A stretch of 64,000 nucleotides of DNA, from positions 15,432-79,431 of the IMG/VR virus record IMGVR_UViG_3300031873_000004, one strand, 5' to 3'. Under the pieces are notes generated by a model. That model had not been told where the DNA came from, searched no databases, and was given only the letters and a program-made list of their open reading frames with translations. Below, in pieces: positions 18,738-27,975 of this stretch (positions are counted from its first letter, which is position 1; each line of letters begins with the position of its first letter). The position numbers and the translations under genes are program-made. This DNA is from a virus.

Positions 18738-20204
18738 ATGTCAGGAGTAAAAATAGCAGGCACAAGTGGACGCGAAGCAGAAGTCGATTTGAACAATCAG
18801 CTGGTAGCAACCGGCCCGTTGGATAATACCAAGGCTGGCTTTGCTGTGCTGGCGTTAGAACGTGATGCAGGAACCATCACAGGTACGAGGTATATGATGA
18901 CTCCGCGCACGAGTGAGAATCATCGCCTGCGCGTAGGCATGGATGCTTTGCTTGACGATGAGCGATTCATCTACGCTGCGCAGAACACCGGCAAGCACAA
19001 AATTTCAAACACGACGATGACCGTGACCTACGGTGGAGGCTTCATGACCACCAATGGCGGCGGCATTACAACCGTAACCACAGGTATACTGTGGCAGACA
19101 TACAAGCACTTCCCGCTTTATCAGATGAGTTCGCTGTGGGCTGAGATCGAGTGTGCCTTCACGAATACATGGGTCACGAACACCACAATTGACATAGGCT
19201 TCTTCCTAGCTCCTGTGGCACTCCCGAATGCACCCACAGACGGTGTGTATTTTCGAGTGACGAGTGCTGGAATGCAGGGTGTTACGAATGTCAATGGAGC
19301 TGAACAGACTTCAGGGGTGTTCCCATTCACACCAGTTCTCAATCAGGTATACAACTTCCGTATCGTGATGCACGATGCTGAGGTGGAGTTCTGGATCAAC
19401 GATGTGATGTACGCCGAAATCGCCCGACCGGCGGCAGAAGGCAACCCGTTCCGCTCGGCGGTCGCACCCTTCGCCATTCGCCATCAAATCATCGGCGGCG
19501 CAGCGAGTGCAGCACTGAGCGTGAAGGTGGCAGGATATGCGGTCGCGTTGCAAGACGTGGGTGGAGCAAAACCGTGGCGCGAGCAGCTTGCAGGCAGCGG
19601 ATACTTCGGATGGAATCCGCAGCCAGGTCATACCAATGCGCTTGCGCAAGGCACGAACGCATATTATCCGGTGAGCGCTGTACCTATTTCAGTCACAACG
19701 CCTACAGCCACAACGATTGCAGGCCCGTCCGGTCTCGGCGGCTTATATATGACCCCTGCATCGGCACTAGCCATCGGTACAGACTACACCATTATGGGCT
19801 ATCAGAACCCTGTGCCAACAAGTCTCATTACAGGTCGCACATTCCATTGCACTGGCATAGGGCTGGATACAATGTTTAACAGTCTTGCAGCCGGTTCAGT
19901 ATTGAGCGCGGGCGGATACGTCATGGCATATGCACTCGGCATGGGAGGTTGGTCAATCACACTGAATCTTGCTGATGCATCTGCGATGAAGGCGTATCGT
20001 CGTATGCCGATCGGCTTCCAGAACTTCCCGTCTGGCACGATTGCAGGCACGGTAGGATCGCCTGCTGGGTTATACAAGCCCATCGATCCGCCTATCCCGC
20101 TGAACCCTGGTGAGTGGGCAGTGGTAATGATGAAGCCTCTCAACTATACAACGCAGCAAGGTAGCATCTGGCACAGCATCTTCGTCAATGGATTCTGGGA
20201 GTAA
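18738..20204 (+). CDS. Putative receptor-binding/lectin-like virion protein
   Basis: 488 aa, beta-rich; TDGVYFR, VEFWIND. Confidence 0.55.
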   Translation: MSGVKIAGTSGREAEVDLNNQLVATGPLDNTKAGFAVLALERDAGTITGTRYMMTPRTSENHRLRVGMDALLDDERFIYAAQNTGKHKISNTTMTVTYGGGFMTTNGGGITTVTTGILWQTYKHFPLYQMSSLWAEIECAFTNTWVTNTTIDIGFFLAPVALPNAPTDGVYFRVTSAGMQGVTNVNGAEQTSGVFPFTPVLNQVYNFRIVMHDAEVEFWINDVMYAEIARPAAEGNPFRSAVAPFAIRHQIIGGAASAALSVKVAGYAVALQDVGGAKPWREQLAGSGYFGWNPQPGHTNALAQGTNAYYPVSAVPISVTTPTATTIAGPSGLGGLYMTPASALAIGTDYTIMGYQNPVPTSLITGRTFHCTGIGLDTMFNSLAAGSVLSAGGYVMAYALGMGGWSITLNLADASAMKAYRRMPIGFQNFPSGTIAGTVGSPAGLYKPIDPPIPLNPGEWAVVMMKPLNYTTQQGSIWHSIFVNGFWE

Positions 20205-20208
20205 TTGA

Positions 20209-21354
20209 TTGAGTTTACTGCTTTCAAGATTAACACCAGCACCTCCGGCAGTCGTCAAGCTCATCAATGAGACCTTGCGGCTGACGGAGACTATGTCTTA
20301 CATCAAGACAGGAGGTCTTGCTCTCAAGAAGATCCTTGCCGAGTCGCTAGTGTTTGTCGAAGCGCGATTCAAACCTATGGTCTTGCGAAGATCCTTTGCA
20401 GAGAGCATGGCGTTGAGCGAAGCAACGTATAGACCGCGAACCCTCCGTCGGTCAATCGCGGAGACGCTTCCTCATAGTGAAGCGACGAGGATTGTTCGTA
20501 CGCTCAGACGGTTGATATCCGAAACCTTGCCGCATAGCGAGACAACACGGACCCCTCGCACTCTTCGGAGAATCATCACGGAGACGTTACCTCATAGCGA
20601 GACTGTACGGGCAGTTCGTGCAATGGTGCGCAAGATTGCGGAGACATTACAGATAACCGATGCATTGGTATATGTGAAAGCAATTGTTGCGCTCGTACTC
20701 ATCAAGATACTGAGCGAGGCGCTAAGTTTGACCGAGGCAACTCGCAGAGTGTTTACGTTGCGTAGATATATAGCCGAGACCTTGCCGCACAGCGAGACGT
20801 TACGCAGACCGATGACAATGCGCAGAGCTGTTGCAGATACATTACAGCTCGTGGATGCTACTCGCACGACATTACAGCGCCTGCTCAAGAAAATTCTAAC
20901 TGAGTCGCTGGCTTTTGTTGAGACTACACGACGAGTGTTCACTTTACGACGCATCGTTGCTGAGATATTACCTCACAGCGAGAGCATCATCAAGGCAATG
21001 ACGATTCGACGCAAGATTGCCGAGAGTTTACAGTTCGTCGAGACTCGAATGACGGTGCGAACCTTGCGGAGAACTATCGCAGAGACGTTGCGATTGACAG
21101 ATGTATCCTCTCGTATGCGTAGATTGTTTAAAATTGTGAGCGAGACGCTTCGTGTAACTGAAACAATCTCATATTGGCAAGCAATTGTCGGTAGCATTCT
21201 TGTAAAGGTGATTAACGAAGCTGTTGATGTGCGAGATGGATTGGTGTTTTTTAAGATTGCAGCAGCCTATCAGCTCCGCACAATGTGGAATGATACCAGC
21301 TCGAGGGTGATGACTTTTATTGAGAAGAGGAGGCAATTCGATGTCGACAAGTAA
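20209..21354 (+). CDS. 20-aa repeat protein (IAETLPHSETxRxxRTLRRx)
   Basis: About 16 imperfect 20-aa repeats. Confidence 0.7.
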   Translation: MSLLLSRLTPAPPAVVKLINETLRLTETMSYIKTGGLALKKILAESLVFVEARFKPMVLRRSFAESMALSEATYRPRTLRRSIAETLPHSEATRIVRTLRRLISETLPHSETTRTPRTLRRIITETLPHSETVRAVRAMVRKIAETLQITDALVYVKAIVALVLIKILSEALSLTEATRRVFTLRRYIAETLPHSETLRRPMTMRRAVADTLQLVDATRTTLQRLLKKILTESLAFVETTRRVFTLRRIVAEILPHSESIIKAMTIRRKIAESLQFVETRMTVRTLRRTIAETLRLTDVSSRMRRLFKIVSETLRVTETISYWQAIVGSILVKVINEAVDVRDGLVFFKIAAAYQLRTMWNDTSSRVMTFIEKRRQFDVDK

Positions 21355-21598
21355 CGGACCTGACGATCGCTTGGGTGGTCGAGAAACGGTGAGTGCTATA
21401 CTCACACGAGTATCGGATGGCAAAAAGACCGTGATTGCCGAAAAGCGAGGTGTGAAAGAGGCTATAAAGGCGTTTGTACGACGCGTAGAGCCGCTTTTTA
21501 CGCGTTTTTAAGCCGAGGATGAGGCTTTCTATGGGCTGGAATAAAGAAACGCCTTAAAACGCGTTTATTCGATTATAATGCAAAACAGGAGGGCTCAA

Positions 21599-22132
21599 AT
21601 GGACATCAGACATGACAATGGATTTTTCGACGAAGTAGGAGTAGCCGGTCAAGTGCTTGCCGTTCTCATCGACGCAAATGGTCGGAGACGCACGTTTGAA
21701 GGTAAGAACATCGTGACCGGCTCTGGCAACAGATGGTATGCAGCACGCGGCGCACTTGCGGCATCAGGTATTCAGGTGCTCGGCATGAAGATTGGTCTCG
21801 GCTCCGTTGGACTCATCACGCCAGCAAGTACCGATGCAGATATTGCGAGCGTTTCCTTCGCAAGCTGCTTTCAGTCTCTCGATGTAGGATACCCGATGCT
21901 GTCCGATACGGATGCTGATAACACAGGTGCTGGATCGAACATCGTTTGCTGGCGCGTGACCTATACAGCCACGGCAGCAACTTCGCAGGTGAGCATTGCC
22001 GATGTATGTCTATGCAGCGTGAGTGCGGCTCCGATCATGGCAATCAACCACGCTAAGTTCGCAGCAGCGTTTGACAAGACCGCAGCCGACACGCTTAAAA
22101 TTTTTATAAATCACACATTCACAAGTATCTGA
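21599..22132 (+). CDS. Putative virion protein
   Basis: KNIVTGSG...FDKTAADTLKIFINHTF; RBS GGAGG. Confidence 0.6.
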   Translation: MDIRHDNGFFDEVGVAGQVLAVLIDANGRRRTFEGKNIVTGSGNRWYAARGALAASGIQVLGMKIGLGSVGLITPASTDADIASVSFASCFQSLDVGYPMLSDTDADNTGAGSNIVCWRVTYTATAATSQVSIADVCLCSVSAAPIMAINHAKFAAAFDKTAADTLKIFINHTFTSI

Positions 22133-22144
22133 TAAGGAGCCAAT

Positions 22145-22480
22145 ATGATAGCACCATTCTTCATAGGTCAAGGCGACCGGCTCCCATACTATCGTGTCGT
22201 AGTGCGTGACGAGACTGGCGTGGTGACGTTGAGCGATGTCGCTGCAATTACATTTCGCATGAAGCTCATGTCGACAGGCTCCGTGCTTGTGAGCGCCGCT
22301 GCCACAATCACGGATGCTTTGAATGGCGAAGCTGAGTACCGATGGGCAATCGCGGATACCATAACTGTCGGCGAGTATGCATCGTCGTTTGAGTTTCTGA
22401 CCAACGCAGGACTTAAATATACCCTTCCGCGCAACACCATCGCCAAGATTATTGTCGAAGAGCGCGAAGCAACTGGATGA
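22145..22480 (+). CDS. BppU N-terminal-like adaptor protein
   Basis: FIGQGDRLP, GEAEYRWAIADT..GEY..F. Confidence 0.65.
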   Translation: MIAPFFIGQGDRLPYYRVVVRDETGVVTLSDVAAITFRMKLMSTGSVLVSAAATITDALNGEAEYRWAIADTITVGEYASSFEFLTNAGLKYTLPRNTIAKIIVEEREATG

Positions 22481-22487
22481 GGTGACC

Positions 22488-23891
22488 ATGTTCGACGGAA
22501 TAAGATCCAAAATGATGGAGACTATCGCCGACTGGTCAACCAAGGCGAGCAAAACCACGCAGGTGATGATCGCGGGCGGTGACGGTGCTATATGGAAGAA
22601 CAAACGGTATGACACGTTTGCGAAGGAAGCCTATCTCACGAACGTCGTCGCCTACCGCTGCATCGATGAGATTGCTCGCTCGGTTGAGTCTATCGAGTGG
22701 AAGATCAAGCAGTGGAAAAAGAACGGTGAGGTACAGGATGTAGATGACCACTTCATGCTTGACCTCATGTTTCAACCGAACCCTGAGCAGTCATGGGGTG
22801 AGCTTGTCTATCGTCACGTCGCGTTCGGTGTCATCTCCGGCAACGCGTACATGGAGCGCATAGGGCCGACGAGTGGTCCCAATTCTGGCATTCCTCGGGA
22901 GCTGTGGAGCCATCGCCCGGACCGCATGACAGTGAAGGCGAACCCGAACACAGGTCTGCGCGAGCTGTACAAGTATGTTGGCCCGAGTGGGCGCGAGGTT
23001 GAATGGAAGGTGAATCCGCTCACAGGCAAATCTGACATCTGGCATATGCGCTTCTTCAACCCGCTCAACGATTGGTATGGTGCGGGTCCTGTGGAACCCA
23101 CAAGCAGAGAGATTGACACGAGTAATGAGGCAATGGAATGGAACAAAAACCTCCTCCAGAACAGTGGCAGACCGGGGATGCTTTTCATCTTCGACGGGGC
23201 GATAGGCGATACCGAGTACAACAGATTAGAGAAAAAGCTGAAAGACAAGTACGGTGGGCCAAAGAACACAGGCAAGCATCTAATCATCGAAGGCAAGAAC
23301 GCCAAGGTCGAGCCGTATGGCTGGAGCCCGACGGAGATGGATTATATTGAGGGTAACCGGGAGCTGGCGCGTCGTATTGCGCTCGGCTTCGGTGTACCTC
23401 CAATGCTGCTTGGTATTCCCGGCGACAATACGTACAGCAATTACGCCGAGGCTAAGCTCGCATTCTGGGAGTCAACCGTGTTCTGGTACGCTAAGCGATT
23501 CGGCGGCGGGCTCAGCTCGTGGTTGTTCGACGTGAAGGATAGGATGCGGCTCATGCCTGACTATGACAGCCTGCCCGCGCTGGAGCCTCGGCGCAAGGAG
23601 CAGTTCGAGAAGGCTGAGAAGAGTGACTTCCTCACAATCAACGAGAAGCGCGAGATGTGCGGCTTCGAGAAGTATGGTGAGATCAAGCCGGATGAGGATG
23701 ACGAGAGTGCGGATCCCGCAGATAAGATTTATCAGAACGCCAGCATGATGCCGCTGGGCGAGGAGCCGCCTGCGCCGGATATAGGTGGGTTTGATGGCGG
23801 TGACTTTGGAGCAGAGCCAGCACCGACTGATGAAGAGGATAGAGGTGAGGAAGTACCGCCCAAGAAGCCGAAGCCCGGCGAGGAGGAATAG
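22488..23891 (+). CDS. HK97-family portal protein
   Basis: AYRCIDEIA, GNAY, NSGRPG, FGVPPMLLGIPGDNTYSNY, LTINEKRE. Confidence 0.95.
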   Translation: MFDGIRSKMMETIADWSTKASKTTQVMIAGGDGAIWKNKRYDTFAKEAYLTNVVAYRCIDEIARSVESIEWKIKQWKKNGEVQDVDDHFMLDLMFQPNPEQSWGELVYRHVAFGVISGNAYMERIGPTSGPNSGIPRELWSHRPDRMTVKANPNTGLRELYKYVGPSGREVEWKVNPLTGKSDIWHMRFFNPLNDWYGAGPVEPTSREIDTSNEAMEWNKNLLQNSGRPGMLFIFDGAIGDTEYNRLEKKLKDKYGGPKNTGKHLIIEGKNAKVEPYGWSPTEMDYIEGNRELARRIALGFGVPPMLLGIPGDNTYSNYAEAKLAFWESTVFWYAKRFGGGLSSWLFDVKDRMRLMPDYDSLPALEPRRKEQFEKAEKSDFLTINEKREMCGFEKYGEIKPDEDDESADPADKIYQNASMMPLGEEPPAPDIGGFDGGDFGAEPAPTDEEDRGEEVPPKKPKPGEEE

Positions 23892-23892
23892 A

Positions 23893-24324
23893 GTGAGACA
23901 GAAATTAACAGCAGACGAGATGATGATGTCGGTGCAGATAAAGGGTGGGCCTGGTTCGGGTATCCGTGGCCATCAAACTGGTCGCGATCACACCGACGAT
24001 TCTGTGCAACAACAGGATAGTTTAAGATTTGGTATTCCTTCGCCAAGAAATGCACAGGAGTTGCATGAAAGATTGCAGTCATCTGTGTCTAAAATCCAAT
24101 CTTTACACAGAGGGAGAACTATCGTTCCCTCGGAATCAATCGACGCAGTTGAGGAGTCACAACGAGCTGTCTCTAATGGTGATAAACGTTCTCATTTACG
24201 TGCGCAATCTCTGAATCTGGCTGCGGCTCAGTCACAGAGGCTTACTAAAATTCCAGGATTAGCAGCAGCTCACATTCAACTTGCGAGTCACCATGCACAA
24301 GCGGCGAGGAGTGCTAACCCATGA
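23893..24324 (+). CDS. Putative capsid-cargo protein with KLTADE...QIKGGPGSG leader
   Basis: GTG start after AGGAGG; leader shared with 24783-25088. Confidence 0.6.
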   Translation: MRQKLTADEMMMSVQIKGGPGSGIRGHQTGRDHTDDSVQQQDSLRFGIPSPRNAQELHERLQSSVSKIQSLHRGRTIVPSESIDAVEESQRAVSNGDKRSHLRAQSLNLAAAQSQRLTKIPGLAAAHIQLASHHAQAARSANP

Positions 24325-24779
24325 CACCCAAAGCAAGCGAGAAGCTCACAGACCTCCTGCAACGCGCCATAGCTGGCGAAATGCAGGCGGCAATTCAGTA
24401 CATGTGGCAGCACGTGGTCATGGTTGGACTCGAAGCCGAATCCGTCGGCCCCGCCATTCGCGGCATTGCAATGAGCGAGATGAAGCACGCCGAGCAGATT
24501 GCCGAGCGTCTCAACTACCTCGGCGGCATCCCGACCACGAAGCCAAATCCGATATATGTCGGCGGCACAATCCCGGCGATGCTCGCTATTGATGTGACTG
24601 CCGAGGAGGATACGATCGCGCTGTACATGGATGTGATTGCGCAGGCGAAGGAAGACAACGACCACGAGACAGCGCTCATGTTTCGCGAGATCATTCTTGA
24701 GGAGCAGGAGCACCACAATATACTAATCACGCTGCTCGGCAAGAAGGGTGAGGTTGGCGAGCCGAGGATAGGAGACTGA
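24321..24779 (+). CDS. bfr: Bacterioferritin-like protein
   Basis: GEMQAAIQY, SEMKHAE..AERLNYLGG.P, AEE, EEQEH ferroxidase pattern. Confidence 0.85.
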   Translation: MTPKASEKLTDLLQRAIAGEMQAAIQYMWQHVVMVGLEAESVGPAIRGIAMSEMKHAEQIAERLNYLGGIPTTKPNPIYVGGTIPAMLAIDVTAEEDTIALYMDVIAQAKEDNDHETALMFREIILEEQEHHNILITLLGKKGEVGEPRIGD

Positions 24780-24782
24780 ACG

Positions 24783-25088
24783 ATGCGAATGAAATTGACA
24801 GCAGATGAAAAGTTGATGCCTACGCAAATCAAAGGTGGGCCAGGGAGTGGTCGTCGTGCTGAAAGTTCATCTGAACATGCTGATAAATGGACAGTTGCTG
24901 CAAATAAGGTAAACACTCGACAAGCACATACAATTGCAGCTGCGGCCCATCGTCACGCTCAAAACGCTCACGAAGAAGCCTATTATGCACATCCAGAAAG
25001 TGATAATAGGCATCATAGCGATGAAGCAGCTCGTCATCTGCGTGCATTTGATATGCATACTTCCGCTGCAAATTCGGCTAAGAGGTGA
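24783..25088 (+). CDS. His/Ala-rich putative cargo protein with KLTADE...QIKGGPGSG leader
   Basis: Leader; AHxxAAxAH repeats. Confidence 0.6.
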   Translation: MRMKLTADEKLMPTQIKGGPGSGRRAESSSEHADKWTVAANKVNTRQAHTIAAAAHRHAQNAHEEAYYAHPESDNRHHSDEAARHLRAFDMHTSAANSAKR

Positions 25089-25390
25089 TAACTATGCCGA
25101 CCGGAACAGCTGTTGACTCCTGCTATCAAAAATTGAAGCTCTCACACGGCGAAGCCTCCGCAGCTCGCATCTGCCAGCACGCGACCGGGCAGGCGCTCGC
25201 CACAGGCAAGCCACCGAAGAAGGCAATGTCTTACAGCCAGCGGGTGAACGCGGGTACGCAATCGTTGACGACCGACGAGCGCAAGATCCCGCCGCAACTG
25301 CTCACGCCGTCGGAGTGCAAGGGCTGCAAGCATCGCAATGTGGATGTATTTGAGAATACGCCGCCGACGATAGGCGCAGGAGCCGCGTGA
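25085..25390 (+). CDS. Small Cys-containing hypothetical protein
   Basis: CY.KLK...AARICQ; coupled to both neighbours. Confidence 0.55.
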   Translation: MITMPTGTAVDSCYQKLKLSHGEASAARICQHATGQALATGKPPKKAMSYSQRVNAGTQSLTTDERKIPPQLLTPSECKGCKHRNVDVFENTPPTIGAGAA

Positions 25391-26079
25391 TGGGATTGAC
25401 TCCGTATGAAAAGGAAGAGAAGTGGATAGCGAAAGTGCAGCGTACCTGGTCACCTGAGCGCAAGGACTTCGATCCAGCGAAGCATCCTCGCGGTGAGGGT
25501 GGTCGGTTTGGGGAGGGTAGCGGGAGCGGAGACAGTGCAATAGTTTCTGAAAATAGAAAAGAAGAAAATTATCGTGGAATAAAGGCTATATCTTTTGCAC
25601 CGCAGGGAAGTGTCGATGTGGATTTAATAAAAGAAAATCGTGCAGTTGTTAATTCGGTACTTGATAAACTTCCGAAAGGAGCTGCCGACGGATTAAACGC
25701 GCTTTATATAACAAGCGGTGACTTTACTCCACTTGGAACAGCCACGTACATCGCTCCAAGTAAACAGCGAGGGTATGTTTCAGATGAGATAATGACACAA
25801 CAGGCGTGGTTGAATAAATCTCCTGTTGATAAAGAGGCTTCGTTACTTCATGAATTTGGTCATAGGATGCAACTTGTGAGTCATAAGGATATATTTAAGC
25901 GATTTAGCGCACAAGGTTTGGGTGTCCATTTTTCTTCTTTGACGGAACCACAGTATCAAAAGGCATACCCTAAAAAGCAACATGACGGAGAGTCTTTCGC
26001 CGAGTCGTTTGCAAGATATAAAATAGGAAAGGATATGCCGAATGAGTTAGTTACGTTTTGGAAAGGGACGGGCTTATGA
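25387..26079 (+). CDS. Zincin metallopeptidase-like protein with HPRGxxGRF leader
   Basis: FDPAKHPRGEGGRF; HEFGH; ESFAESF. Confidence 0.7.
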   Translation: MMGLTPYEKEEKWIAKVQRTWSPERKDFDPAKHPRGEGGRFGEGSGSGDSAIVSENRKEENYRGIKAISFAPQGSVDVDLIKENRAVVNSVLDKLPKGAADGLNALYITSGDFTPLGTATYIAPSKQRGYVSDEIMTQQAWLNKSPVDKEASLLHEFGHRMQLVSHKDIFKRFSAQGLGVHFSSLTEPQYQKAYPKKQHDGESFAESFARYKIGKDMPNELVTFWKGTGL

Positions 26080-26179
26080 CTATTCCGATAAATATGGACG
26101 ATCTGATTCAAGCAGCATTTAGCGGGGATGAGGAATCAAAAGAGCTTCTTATAAAAATAAAAGAGGTTGATAGTAAACC

Positions 26180-27028
26180 GTGATCTTCAACGTCAAACGC
26201 CCAGCCGCTCAAGCCCGCGCCCAAGTTGCCATCAACAGGCGACAGGACACGCTTGAGCGCAACTTCCGCAAGCGAGTACGCACCTTGCTTAACCAGCAGT
26301 ATGCGGCAGCAAGCCGTGCGGTTGCGCGAGGCAATGATGTAGACGCGGTAATAGACTCCTTCACCGGACAGCTTCGCCGGATATTCGCCGAGGAGTACAC
26401 GCGAGCCGCCGAGACATTCTACGGCATTGTTGACCAGTCGCTGAAAAACGCGAAGGCTACAGAAAGCATACTTGAGTACAAGGGAATGAAGGACGAGTTC
26501 TGGGCGCGGTTCTTCGGATATGTGCGGAAGAAGGTGGCTCAGAAGGTTGCATGGGTGAACGATACTACTAAGGCAAACATCCGCGCCATCGTTGAGCTGG
26601 GTAAGGCTGACGGGAAGAGTGTTAATCTTATTGCTGAGGATATCTGGAGCTCAACAAATCAGGACATCAATTTCAAGCGAGCAGTCAGGATTGCAAGGAC
26701 GGAAGTCCATGCGGCGAGCAACACGGCTACGCAGGCGGCGGTCGAGTCCACGGGGCTGACGGGGCTGACGCGAGAGTGGATAGCAATGGCAGACGAGCGC
26801 GTGCGTAGCAGCCACAGGAAGGCTCATGGGCAGGTGCGCGGGATGGATGAGGCGTTTGATGTGAACGGTGAAGAGTTGCAATTTCCTGGCGATCCAAAAG
26901 GAAGTGCTGGGAACGTGATTAACTGTAGATGCATCCTGATATATCATACTGGGCGCGGCGAGGACAGGACAGCAGCACGTAGACGTGAGCAGGAACAACT
27001 CAGCAGGATGAGGAGCGCATACGAATGA
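26180..27028 (+). CDS. MuF/SPP1 gp7-like minor head protein
   Basis: RIARTE, W...DERVR.SH, LQFPGDP...VINCRC. Confidence 0.92.
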   Translation: MIFNVKRPAAQARAQVAINRRQDTLERNFRKRVRTLLNQQYAAASRAVARGNDVDAVIDSFTGQLRRIFAEEYTRAAETFYGIVDQSLKNAKATESILEYKGMKDEFWARFFGYVRKKVAQKVAWVNDTTKANIRAIVELGKADGKSVNLIAEDIWSSTNQDINFKRAVRIARTEVHAASNTATQAAVESTGLTGLTREWIAMADERVRSSHRKAHGQVRGMDEAFDVNGEELQFPGDPKGSAGNVINCRCILIYHTGRGEDRTAARRREQEQLSRMRSAYE

Positions 27029-27156
27029 GAATTTACAATCATCTATTCACCGGAACATTCAAGCGCGAGCCGAAGCCTGTCGCGGGTGCGGTGGAGTATA
27101 AGACCATTAAATCCCGCACAGTAAAGTCTCGCAAAGTGAAGAATAAACTATATTAA
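27025..27156 (+). CDS. Small basic protein with EYK motif
   Basis: Manual ORF MRIYNHLF...VEYKTIKSR..., 43 aa; RBS AGGAG. Confidence 0.45.
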   Translation: MRIYNHLFTGTFKREPKPVAGAVEYKTIKSRTVKSRKVKNKLY

Positions 27157-27225
27157 ATCTATTAAATAGCGCGGTACTTCCGCGAAACGACTATATAATG
27201 ACAACAATGTAATATGGAGGCGAAG

Positions 27226-27963
27226 ATGCAGACTAAGTACGCCACGAAACGGGACGAAGTTCTCGACTTTTCAATAGAGATCAAGAAGGAAGACGTCAAC
27301 CATAACGGCTTCTTCAAGGGCTACGCCAGCACGTTTGGCGGCGACCCCGACCAAGGTGGAGATGTCATAGCCAAGGGCTGCTTTACCGACACCCTCAAGA
27401 TGAACGGGCGCGGCGGCAATGGCATCGCGATGCTCTGGTCACACGATCCGCGCTGTCCTATCGGTGCATGGAACCTCGTGCGCGAAGACGAAAAAGGATT
27501 GTACGTTGAAGGAATGATCGAGCCCACCGCCTGCCCGGACGGAGTGCCAGTTCATAAGGTTATGAAGATGGGTGGCATCAAAGGGCTCTCCATCGGCTAC
27601 AACACGGTGGACAGCGGTGACATCATGGTGGGCAAGACGAAGGCCCGTGAGCTGAAGAAGGTCAATCTTTGGGAAATATCGCTGGTGACGTTTCCGATGA
27701 ACACTCGGTCAACCGTCACTGGTGTCAAGCACATACTTGAAGCGACGACAGAGCGTGAGTTGGAGGATGCCTTGCGAGAGGCAAGCATTCCCCGGTCGGT
27801 AGCCAAGGTCATTGTGAAGGTGGCGAAGGAAGGCTTGCGGGATGCAGCCAGACCGAGACACTCAACCAATGGCGAACAGGCGCTCATTCTGAAGGCGTTG
27901 AGAGATGTGAATGCGGGTCTCACGTTATCAGCTGTACAAAATTCAATTCGGGAAAACTTTTAA
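27226..27963 (+). CDS. HK97-family prohead protease
   Basis: FKGYASTF, LWSHD, GLSIGY, LWEISLVTFPMN. Confidence 0.95.
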   Translation: MQTKYATKRDEVLDFSIEIKKEDVNHNGFFKGYASTFGGDPDQGGDVIAKGCFTDTLKMNGRGGNGIAMLWSHDPRCPIGAWNLVREDEKGLYVEGMIEPTACPDGVPVHKVMKMGGIKGLSIGYNTVDSGDIMVGKTKARELKKVNLWEISLVTFPMNTRSTVTGVKHILEATTERELEDALREASIPRSVAKVIVKVAKEGLRDAARPRHSTNGEQALILKALRDVNAGLTLSAVQNSIRENF

Positions 27964-27975
27964 ACAGGAGGAACT

